Assembly (NCBI GenBank): GCA_951406725.2
Contig: OX597823.1
Coordinates: 70,804,001-70,868,000, forward strand
Direction: 5' to 3'
DNA: 64,000 nucleotides
From: Octopus vulgaris
Lineage: Eukaryota
The position numbers were made by a program, and so were the translations under genes. Below the pieces are notes generated by a model. The model searched no databases and was not told the origin of the DNA. It saw nothing but the letters and a program-made list of their open reading frames with translations. Positions 52,596-64,000 of the stretch are shown piece by piece. Each line of letters begins with the position of its first letter. The stretch's first letter is position 1.

Positions 52596-53492
52596 ATACC
52601 TACCTACATACATACATACGTACATACATACATACATACATACATACATACATACATACATACAGATCCAATCCACCACTGGAACTGTAAAAATCTGTAA
52701 GACTTTCCAGAAGTTTATCATTTAAATATATATGAGCATGTCTAGATATGCAACTATGTGCATGAAAATGCATACATAAAACATACAAATACATACATAC
52801 AAATACATACATACATACATACATACATACATACATACATACATACATACATTTTCTTGCCTTTTTTTTTATAAAAGAAAGCACGGTGTCGGTAATATTC
52901 ATTTTGGTTCTCCATTTTCAGGGTGATCCCAAGCACATAAAATACAATCTGTTTTGCTGTAAGTTCGTGTCCAACTAAAGTAAGTGTCAAGTAGCTAACG
53001 AGTGCACATGAACAAAGAACAGCTACTTATTAGACTGCTTGAAGTTTAGTACTGACTAAAACCGGAGGGCCTTCTTTGGCCATCCTAATATATGAAGTCA
53101 ATGTTAGATAGTATCTCGGGCATTTGAAATTGTGCTTTGTATATTGCGTTTCTTTCATAAATGCTGTCAATCAACGAATATAAGCGAAAACTATTCGAAA
53201 TATCTGTTGTTGAAAATGGAAGAACGTATTAATAAAATCCGAGATAGATTAACTGAAAAGACGAAATTATCTATTTAAAGCTAAGAAATTGAAATTGAAA
53301 GTGAAGTAAGCCGACAATACATTTAGATCAAATATATATATTCATGTAATGAACAATTATGATAGCAATAGTGAGAGAAACAATATTATTAATGTTATAT
53401 ATTTGATGCAGTTTTCAACCTATGTAGTGAGCTATGCTTTTGTGCCCATGTGCCGCTATATGTGTGGAAATCTGGCTGTGTGTGTATACTCT

Positions 53493-53708
53493 CTTTACTC
53501 TTTTACTTGTTTCAGTCATTTGACTGCGGCCATGCTGGAGCACCGCTTTTAATCGAGCAACTCGACCCCGGGACTTATTCTTTAGTAAGCCCAGTACTTA
53601 TTCTATCGGTCTCTTTTACCGAACCGCTAGGTGATGGGGACGTAAACACACCAGCATCGGTTGTCAAGCAATGCTAGGGGGACACACACAGACACACAAA
53701 CACACACA

Positions 53709-53758
<50 letters not shown>

Positions 53759-53923
53759 TACGACGGGCTTCTTTCAGTTTCCGTCTACCAAATCCACTCA
53801 CAAGGCTTTGGTCGGCCCGAGGCTATAGTAGAAGACACTTACCCACGATGCCACGCAGTGGGACTGAACCCGGAACCATGTGGTTGGTAAGCAAGCTACT
53901 TACCACACAGCCACTCCTGCGCC
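53493..53923 (-). mobile_element. SINE family A, well preserved
   Basis: Full head to tail, ends ccactcctgcgcc. Confidence 0.9.
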
Positions 53924-54142
53924 TATGTATGTGTCCCTGGCTGAACCTGCTTCAAAACAGAATAGGTCTGAGTTATTTTATTGGTTGGAAATTGTGACAT
54001 AAACTCGTATTTGCAGAAAACGTTACTCTATTGATACTAGTGGGTCCTTGGTTTTGTTTAATCACATACATTGTACGGTTGCGAGGATGTCCGAACAGGC
54101 CGAAATCTCGCTTTATACACGAACACAACACACACACACTCA

Positions 54143-54221
<79 letters not shown>

Positions 54222-54389
54222 ATACATATGAGGATACATACACCAACGCATACACATTCACATAAACACACACTCACATACACACGTATATACTCACACA
54301 CGCGCGCATTCGGAGTTACTGGAAATTGCCGCTAGGTTCTTATTTAATTTTTGCTCAATGTAAGGAAAATTTCAATTAACTAAGAATTG

Positions 54390-55095
54390 ATTAAGTCATC
54401 CAATAAATAACGCAATTTTTTAGTACTTCTTTTATTTTTCAAAATTGAGATAAACAAAGTTATTTTTGAATCTAAAATATGCTCTCCTTCATCTTCTACA
54501 ATACTCTTCATTCTATCTGGTAGACTTGCAAGGCTCCTCTCCCAAAATTCACTTGTCCTTGACAAAAAATACTGCTCCAGTACTGTTCTGACCTCGTCTA
54601 CAGAGATTATATTTTTCCGTCCAAAGGATTTTGAAGACTGAAATAATTGGTAATCAGATGGGCCAATGTCTGGCAAAAATGGTGGGTGGGGCACCGTTTT
54701 CCATTCAAACTGCTCCAGCAATTCGAATGTCATCATCACTGTATGTGGCCGAGCATTATACTGATGGAAGAATACCTTTCATCTTGAAACCAAACATAGT
54801 CGTTTTTCTTCAAGCGCTGACTTAAGCCGCTCAAGCTGCTCGCAGTTGATCTCCTTTGTTATCGTTTGGTTTGGGTTTAAAAGTTCAAAATGAACTAAAT
54901 ATTTCGTATCCCACCAAACAGATAACGGCACCTTACATGGATGACCTTCTTTAGCATGGGGTGCTGGTGTTTCTCCTTTCCTTACCCACTTCGGCGCTTG
55001 ACATTTTTATAGAGAACCCATTTCTCGTCACAGTCACTATTCGGTCCCAAAAAGTTCATTCGTGAGACGTGACAGTAAAGAGGAGCGCGCATTCA
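54390..55095 (-). pseudogene. mariner (DD34D-type) transposase relic, 5'-truncated
   Basis: WKTVPHPPFLPDIGPSDYQLF...LPDR...IVEDEGEHI. Confidence 0.8.
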
Positions 55096-55415
55096 CTATT
55101 TATTTCAGAGAAATTTTTTTATAAGATTATTTTATCTTGTACTTGTTTTAGTCATTTGAGTGCGACCATATTGGGGCACTGCCTTGAATAATCTGTGTCT
55201 TTGTCTTTGTGTTCGTCCTCACACAGCGTTTGACAACCGCTGTTGGTTTGCTTACACCCCCATAACTTAGTGGTTCGGCAAAGGACACCAATAGTATAGG
55301 TAAGATGCTTAAAAAGAGAAAATATCAACTAGCGTTGCTTTGTTCAACTATGCACTTGAAGGCTGTGACCCAATAAGGCCGCAGTCCAATGGCTGAAATA
55401 AAAGAATGAAAGAAT

Positions 55416-55525
<110 letters not shown>

Positions 55526-55539
55526 CCTATGTATGTATG

Positions 55540-55573
<34 letters not shown>

Positions 55574-55882
55574 TGTATGTATGCCTGCATGCATGTATGT
55601 ATGTATGTATGTATGTATGTATGTATCTATCTATCTATCTAGCTACCTACCTACCTACCTACCTACCTACCTGTCTGTCTGTCTGTCTGTAAATATATGT
55701 GTGTGTGTGTGTGTTCACACGTGAGTGCGCGCGCGCGTATGTGTGGATATAAGCAGACCCATACAAACATATCTAGAATACATACCAATGAAAAATAAAA
55801 GATCTCCATGTGCTTTGAAACTAAGATGTGCACCACTTTTTGCAGATGAGTTATCTCTCTCTCTCTGTATTTATCTTTTTCT

Positions 55883-55924
<42 letters not shown>

Positions 55925-55977
55925 GCAAACAGGCACACATATTATATGGTATACATATATGTATATATATGCGTGTA

Positions 55978-56362
55978 TATGTGGCTGCGTGGTAAGAAGC
56001 TCGCTTTCCAACCACGTGGCTCCGGGTTAAGTCCCACTGCGTGGCACCTTGGGCATGTGTCTTCTACTATGGCCTCGAGCCGACAAAAGCCTTGTGCGTA
56101 GATTCGGTAGGCGGAAACTGAAAGAAACCTCTCGTATATCTATGTGTATATATGTATATGTTTGTGTGTCTGTGTTTGTCCCTCCACAATAACCTAACAA
56201 TCGATGTTGGTGTGTTTACGTCCCCGTAACTTAGCGGTTCGGCAAAAGAAAACCGATAGAATAAGTACCAGGCTTACAAAGAATAATTCCTGGTATCGAT
56301 TTGCTCGACTAAAGGCGGTTCTCCAGCATGGCCGCAGTCAAATGACTGAAACAAGTAAAAGA
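55978..56362 (+). mobile_element. SINE family A
   Basis: gtggctgcgtggtaagaagc...actgaaacaagtaaaaga. Confidence 0.88.
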
Positions 56363-56364
56363 AT

Positions 56365-56421
<57 letters not shown>

Positions 56422-57792
56422 TACATGTATGTATGTATGTATGTATGTATGTCTGGGGAACGGGTACAATTATGAAGAGATATGGAAGACGTAACAAATG
56501 AACAAAAAAAATGAAGATTAACACTTTATCATCTGTCTGACAAAGATTTTGACACTTTCAACGAGTTTAGACGGAGCTGTGTAATTAGGAGCGTCAAGAT
56601 TATTGGATACATTTCTTAAGTAAAAGATATAGAGGAGAAGAGACACAAAAATGTGGAAAAAAACTTATAAATGATATTAGCGACTAGGATAAAGAAAACA
56701 CAGGGACAGTAAACGGATGTTTGATCAAGATTAGCGACTCGGAGAGTAAAATGGAAAACAGGTCTCCTTCCGATAAAATTAAATAAAGCAAGCAAGTCTT
56801 ATTCAATGCAAATATAACCTGATTCGGTTACAAGGGAAATAAAAGGAAGACAAAGCAACATAAAATGACGGTATACAAGGTATGGTGCAAGTAGGAAAGA
56901 ATAGAGAATACATACTAAGTGCTTACCCTAAGACATTATGTAAATAAGTACAAAGAAGCGTGTGTCTGCCTGATGAAATTACAGGTAAGAGAGAGGGAGA
57001 GAGAGAGAGAGGGGTGGGTGGGGGTGGTGAGAGATCAGTGGTCAGATGGGGAAGCAGGGCAGGTAGTAGCGAGGTGGGAACAGTCGAAGACAGTGTACAA
57101 AGCTAGAGAGACGACATAGTATCTAGTGATGTAGAGAGAAACAAGATCGAGAGAGAGAGTGTGAAAAAAGACAGGAAAAAAGTGAGCTTCCCTCAGCAAT
57201 TATATAATATAATGAATAAAAAGCTAAAGCTAATGAATATATTTTTTTCAATTAAGCACCAACGGAAGTACGGTAAAAACAAAACGTGGTTGTGTACGTC
57301 GGCATATGTTTAAGGAATGGGCGCAAACTAAAAAATCGAGACATTGTTGCAAGCAAAAAAACAAACAAATGAATCTGAGTCTTCATCAGATATTTCACTA
57401 AAAACTAAGACAAAACTGCGCAACGCACATAAATACGTACATTCATATATACGCACATACATACACACATACATACATATACAGTTACATACATACATAC
57501 AATACAATACATACATATGCAGTTACATACATACAATACAATACATACATACATACATACATACATACATAAATAGTCATCAGCAAAACATTATGAACCA
57601 AAATCATTGGCACTCATTAAAAAAAAATATATGGCTAATTTGTGTATTTTCTCGATTGTGCACTAAGAGATTTAAGGCTATTTTTTGTGCTCTAAAAGCA
57701 TTGCTCTGCTGAGAAACACAGGCGGTAGGAATCGACTGATGTTTTCTGGCAAATAATAAAATCACTCTCAGAATCTGTGAAAGCACCATCAG

Positions 57793-57870
<78 letters not shown>

Positions 57871-57930
57871 GTGTTTGTATGTATGTATGTATGTATGTAT
57901 GTATGTATATATATATATATATATATATAT

Positions 57931-58130
57931 AGTTAATCCAAACATGAAACAAAGAGAAAACACAACAACGTGAGGACGAGGAGCAAGTATAGTGTTATTG
58001 GACGCTCAGGAAGGAAAGACAGAAGAAGGATTTAACGTTTCGAGCGGAGCTCTTCGTCAGAAACATAGAAATAGGAAATGTCCTAGGAAGGGAAGACGGA
58101 GAAAGAAAATTGCCAATGATACACACGCAG
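57931..58130 (-). mobile_element. Short pLTR-like unit (HHR family 1)
   Basis: Reverse-complement homolog of 12660-12855; abuts (TA)n. Confidence 0.75.
58030..58064 (-). ncRNA. Minimal type I hammerhead motif, intact core
   Basis: Minus strand gTTT-CTGACGA-A-GAGC-TCC-GCTC-GAAA-CG-TT-AAAt; palindromic AACGTT in place of stem III. Confidence 0.7.
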
Positions 58131-58384
58131 TCACACACACACACACACACACATACATATATATATATCATAAGTAAAGTTAAGATCCAAAAGTTCAAGC
58201 TGTAGGAATTTAGTTAGCTTCGAAAAGTCCGTAGAAGGTATAGAAACAACTTTCAGGAAGAAAAGACGTCTATTGACGTAGATTGCCTCTCGTTTGGATA
58301 ATTACTACTTCCGATGTTCTGCTAGCTGTGAAACATATGTGGCCTGGACTTTATGTGTTACATTCCCTTATTTGGGATTATACA

Positions 58385-58420
<36 letters not shown>

Positions 58421-58477
58421 TCTACATAAATATATTCATACATACAAACACATGTGTATGTGTATGTCTATGTATCC

Positions 58478-58515
<38 letters not shown>

Positions 58516-58529
58516 AAATATATATATAT

Positions 58530-58845
58530 ATGCCGAAATAGCAGTCAAATCCCTGACTCTAAAAACCACCTTAAATGTTCATATCGCACCATGAGATAGG
58601 ACAGAGGGACAAAATGGACTACCAAAATCAGTAATATCTTTTTGCTAGCCTATTTTGTTCCTCTGTCTTATCGCGTGGTGCGATATGAACATTTAAGGTG
58701 GATTTTAGAGTCAAGAATTTGACTGCTTTTCGACATGGTGTCTCTGAGACACCCTTATTTATAGTTGTAAAAAAATTATTACCTTTGGATGGTATTTATT
58801 CCCATGCTGGCCACTTGATAATATCGATATTATCCTTATTTATAA
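58530..58845. repeat. Fold-back element (~98-bp arms 58530-58628 / 58639-58737) with a one-sided tail; the tail recurs inverted at ~60628-60700
   Basis: ccaccttaaatgttcatatcgcacca / tggtgcgatatgaacatttaaggtgg; ttattcccatgctggccacttgata vs tatcaagtggccagcatgggaataa. Confidence 0.85.
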
Positions 58846-58920
58846 ATATATATATATATATATATATGAAAAAACAAGTCAAAAATAGAAAATGCTAAAA
58901 TAATTTTATAGTGAACATTT

Positions 58921-58958
58921 CAGTACCGGTTTCGGTCATTTTGAGACCTTTTCAACTG
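58921..58958 (-). ncRNA. Minimal type I hammerhead with a covariant U3-A8 core
   Basis: Minus strand CAG-TTGAAAA-GGTC-tcaaaat-GACC-GAAA-CCGG-TA-CTG. Confidence 0.7.
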
Positions 58959-59029
58959 TAACGATTAAATAATTAAATTTAGAAAAATTAGAAGAAAAGT
59001 TTTTTTAAAAGAATAGTTTTAAAAGAATA

Positions 59030-59138
<109 letters not shown>

Positions 59139-59937
59139 TAGATGTATTCATACATACAAACACACATGTATATTTCTGCGCATATGTGTGCGTTTGCGTG
59201 CGTGTAGTTTATTAGTGAGACTTCCATGACACATACGTATACAGTCAGTCGGTAACTGTTTCACGGAAACTGTAACACTTTAAAGGAAACACCACAGAAC
59301 AGAACTAGTTTAAACTTTGGTCCAGAAACTTATGTTACATTCTTTCGCTATAGTTCCACCTACATATTGGAGTAACTGTTAAATATATGCTCAAAACACT
59401 TCAACTGTTAATCATTGAAATATAGGTCTCCTTATAAATACATTTAAGATACATGAAGGGAAAAGAAAAATCAATAGAATTCTATTTAGTTGAAAAATGT
59501 GAACAGGATCTGACCATATTTTGAAGCAATGCCCAGAAGCAGTTGTATCCACTTATAACCTGAATGCTTTTGAATTTCTCTCTCATTTAAGATTTATTTC
59601 AATGAAAACGCTCATAGCTATACACAAGTCCTAGAAATCCTCAAGTCTTTAGTTGTTTCTCATTATGTGTATTCTCCCTCCTCACTTTTATCAAGTCCTT
59701 CAGCACAGTGTTCTATCTTCATTGGTGTTCTCAGATATTTAATCATTTTGATATGTGTTATTCTACTGCTTCTTACTCTACTTAATTAAATCCAACTTAA
59801 AACGCCATTCCAGCAATCTGCTAATGAACTTTTGGTACAGGTTCTTCAAAACGCAAGAAGCATGAAATACACACACACACACACACACACACATACACAA
59901 ACACACACACACACATACACACATACACACACACATA

Positions 59938-60043
<106 letters not shown>

Positions 60044-60227
60044 ACACAAGCGAACATTAATACTCAGGAGAAATATTAAAGCTAGTGGCCGCAAGCTAAA
60101 ACCGTATAGGCAGAATTAATATTCGTGGTTTCGGAGTGTTTCGACACCTGTTTTTAGCAAAGCTGATGCCTAAAAATGCGCCCTTACTATATATAATTCT
60201 TATATGTGTGTGTGTGTGTATATGAAG

Positions 60228-60536
60228 GGGCATATCTCAGTTGTTACAGCGTTGAGCATACAATCACGAGGTAGTGAGCTCGATTCCTGGACCGGGTTGT
60301 GTGTTGCATTCTTTATTGCTCCAGTTCACTCAGCTGTTGAAATGAGTTGTGACATCACTGGTGCCAAGCTGTATTGGCCTTTGCCTTTCCCTTGGATAAC
60401 ATTGGTGGCGTGGAGAGGGGAGGCCGGTATGCATGGGCGACTGCTGGTCTTTCAGAAACAACCTTACCAAGACTTGTGCTTCAGAGGGAAACTTTCCAGG
60501 TGCAATCCCATGGTCAGTCATGACTGAAGGGGATCT

Positions 60537-60540
<4 letters not shown>
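60228..60540 (+). mobile_element. tRNA-derived SINE (family C-like head)
   Basis: cgattcctggaccgggttgtgtgttgc...ttgctccagttcactcagc. Confidence 0.7.
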
Positions 60541-60615
<75 letters not shown>

Positions 60616-60774
60616 AATTTATATTGAAGGATAAGATCGTCATTTGAAATAACGATCATATCAAGTGGCCAGCATGGGAATAAAGACCTTATTGGTAATA
60701 TTATTACATATATTTTAGTGTATGATGTTATATAGGCATGCATATATGTGTGAATGTGAATATATATGTATGTA

Positions 60775-61958
60775 TTAGGTTGGTAACTAAGTTCGCGCGT
60801 TTTTTAAATTTAAATCTTTTTAAAAGGTTTAATAAAAAATAACAACTAATTAATCAATAATGTATTCACCCTTGTTTACAACTTCTTCCCAACATTCAAC
60901 AAGATTTTCAACACCTCATTGGTAGAAATCACTCGATTTCGACTCGAAAGATTGATCCAAGGAAGGTCTCGATTCTGCATCAGTATTGAACGAAACTCCG
61001 CGCATGGCATTTGAAAGAGATCGAAAGAGAAGGAAATCCGTTGGTGCCAAATCAGGAGAGTACGGCGGGTGTGGCAGCACTTCCCAGCTATGCGTTTGAA
61101 TGGCTTCCTTGGCCATATTGGTGATATGAGGGCGGGCGTTGTCGTGCAGCAGAAGAACTCCATGCTGATGATTAGATCTTTTCTTTTGAATAGCCGTGTT
61201 GAGTCGTTCCATTTGTTGAGCATGGAGTTCCGCGCTGACCGTTCTAACAATTCGTAATGGGTAATCCCTTCCCAGTTCCACCATACGCATAACATCGTTT
61301 TACGCGGATGAAGATCTTGTTTCACACGCGGTGTCGCTTGTTTACCGGGGCTAAGCCATTCCTTACGCTGCTTCATATTGATGTACAGGCACCACATTTC
61401 GTCGCCAGTAACGATTGGGTAAATAAATCGTTGCTTGTGTCCATGAGTTGATTTTTGTTGTTGTCACTTAAAGCATGCGGAACCCATGCTCCATACTTCT
61501 GAACCTTTCCCATCGAGTGAAGATGCTTCTCTATAGAGTTTTGGAGCATTCCCTTTTCTCTGCCAGTTCCTTTGTCGTTTGACGAGAATTTTCGTGCAAA
61601 AGTTGGTTTAATCGCTCTTCATCGAAATCAACTAGAGGGCCAGAACGAGGTGCGTCTTTGAGGTCAAACTTTCCATTTTTGAACTTCAACTATGGCATCT
61701 TCTCCATACACAGCACAAATGTCGCAAGCAGCTTTTACGGCCTTAGAACCTTGATTAAAAGCAAAAAGTAGAAGGTGTTGAGAATGCTGGTTTTTCCTAA
61801 CTTAACATTCCATTTTAATGATCTGAAAATAAACAAAAATTAACTAAAATTAACTAGAAAAAAAGAAAATGGATTCTGAAATGATTCAAAAATAGAATTC
61901 TCGAAAAAAATAGATTCCAAAATTTAAAAAAGTGTCGGGAACTTAGTTGCCAACCTAA
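60775..61958 (-). mobile_element. Full-length but decayed mariner (DD34D) transposon
   Basis: TIRs TTAGGTTGGTAACTAAGTTC / GAACTTAGTTGCCAACCTAA. Motifs GAWVPHAL, IVTGDE, HDNARPH and YSPDLAPTD with a 34-residue D-D spacing; frameshifted. Confidence 0.9.
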
Positions 61959-62187
61959 CAGTTATCAGTTTACTTAACTGTCTAACTGTTTGACTGTCTG
62001 TCTATCTGTTTGGTTGACTGTTGTCTGTCTGCCTCTCTGACTATCTATCTGGCTACCTACCTACCTACATACCTACCTACCTACATACCTACCTACCTAC
62101 CTACCTTCATGCCTACCTGCCTGCCTGCCTACCTGCCTGTCTCCCTGTCTGTTCCTCTTTTTTTTCCGCCTGTCTATTTCTGTGTGT

Positions 62188-62273
<86 letters not shown>

Positions 62274-62314
62274 GCCTGTCTGTCTGTATGTCTGTATGTC
62301 TCTTTGCCTTTGCC

Positions 62315-62387
<73 letters not shown>

Positions 62388-62665
62388 CAGTTGCTATTTA
62401 AAGTAGTTATAAATTAGACTAATACTGCAGAGAATGTGCTTTTGACGGCTCGACACATGTATACACAGACAAACATTCACACAGCCATAGATACACACTT
62501 ATATACAATATCTCACACACATATTAGTTTATTTAGTTAATAATAAACCAACTTCATTTTAAAAATTAAAAAAAATATTATCTCAGTATTTTGTAAGCTA
62601 TCTTTGTGAAAACATCTCATGCTTTGATTTAATTGAATTATTAAAGAAAATCAGATCTTCTAGAG

Positions 62666-62996
62666 CAGGGATTCTCAACCATTTTTATATGTGGATCCTT
62701 TGATTATTATTTTATTCTGGTGGACCCCCATAATCATTTGATGTTTAAAAACTAGTTTTGGAATAAATTCTTTCAAACTGACTGTTTTGTTTTTCACACA
62801 TTAACGCCTGCAGGTTGATGTATATTACCTGGCTGTTTCTTGCAATACATACCAATACATATATCTGAAGCAAAAGTTTTTCAGGGAGCCCTTAAAATAC
62901 TATAGTGGAACCCCAATTTGCTATTTTGTTGTGTGGATCCCTAAAAAACTTATATGGACCCTCAGAGACCATATGGACCTTGGTTGAGAACCACTG
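62666..62996 (+). mobile_element. hAT-Charlie-like MITE with 8-bp TSD
   Basis: TIRs CAGGGATTCTCAACC / GGTTGAGAACCACTG. TSD ttctagag / atctagag matches the NTCTAGAN Charlie target preference. Confidence 0.88.
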
Positions 62997-63702
62997 ATCT
63001 AGAGCATCTGGCAATGTCTTTTGTACTTTTCTACGATCAAACATCTTGCCTTGTAGCAAAATTAGCTCATTTGGAATAAGCCCAGTGCTTTCAGTAACCT
63101 ATTCCAGGGATTCGATTTGATAAATCTTTTCTTAGTTTGTGATACTTTGCTTGTATATGTGGCATGGGTCTTAATTAAAGCTTAAACACAAAAGATTGGC
63201 CTATTTTTTAATTCCTTGCATTACAATAAACGCTTTTCAAGTATTTGAATGTCTTTTATGCCATTCACAAAAAGTAAAAATAAAATATTTTCTTGTGTTT
63301 TGGGAGAATCATAACGTCAAAAACTGAGCTTTGATATGTCTATCACTCCCACTGCCTCCGTTCAATAACTCTTACGTCTCCATCTCTTGACTGGGTTATT
63401 CTCTATTTGTTAATAAATATAGAAGAGTAAAATATTTCTCGATTAGACTTTCTGTGCTGATACCAGCTGATGACTCGCCTGCGGACCAATTCTTCAATAC
63501 CTTTATTTCCCAATGGTTATAATGTTTTTTTTATTATTATCAAACTATTATTACTGTTAATCCCCAAACACAACTGGTCTGGTATGCAAAGAAGAGAAAA
63601 CCTATCTAATTAGAAAAAAAAGTATAACAAACGAGAGACGTCAACTGCTGGCAAAAACATTTTGTAGGCCATTGTGTGCACACGTATATATATGTGTGTG
63701 CG

Positions 63703-63739
<37 letters not shown>

Positions 63740-64000
63740 TAATATACATATGTGTGTGTGCATATGTGCGTGCGTCTGTGTGTGTATATACATATACACA
63801 AACACACACACACAGACACACATTTACGAATATGTGTATATCTTTAGATACGCATACACACAAATGTAAGTACATATATATGCGAGTGAGTGTATGCAAA
63901 TGCACATATGCTAGTTCATATTTTTACAAATATGCATGTATATTTACATATGAAAACACACACACACTTATAATAAATGAAGACTGATATACTATTTCTA

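Noticed and set aside
57370-57400. CTGATGA on the minus strand as a hammerhead core
   Set aside because: No GAAA/UH or stem I partner follows.
63465-63495. CTGATGA on the plus strand as a hammerhead core
   Set aside because: No stem II closure, GAAA or cleavage triplet.

Overview
AT-rich, microsatellite-saturated animal genomic DNA. It is most likely an octopus (coleoid cephalopod), inferred from three abundant tRNA-derived SINE families. Almost all ORFs in the track are microsatellite artefacts. The only well-supported host gene feature is a TATA-driven first coding exon (35093-35390, +) of a secreted Cys-containing protein that I do not recognise. The rest is mobile DNA: a full-length DD37D (maT) Tc1/mariner element with perfect TIRs, two DD34D mariner relics, a pogo/Tigger relic, two hAT-Charlie-like MITEs, a head-to-tail Helitron array, Hero-, R4/Dong- and CR1-like LINE fragments, a Gypsy integrase relic and several Penelope-like (GIY-YIG) relics. 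The most striking non-obvious signal is a dense set of at least a dozen hammerhead-ribozyme (HHR) motifs. They lie in short Penelope-derived units and long fold-back elements inserted in (TA)n tracts. They include canonical minimal type I motifs with palindromic stem III, a U3-A8 covariant core, a family with a CUGUNGA core, motifs with very long stem II, and a candidate type II topology. All calls were made by eye; no alignment, folding or database search was run, and boundaries of decayed repeats are approximate.
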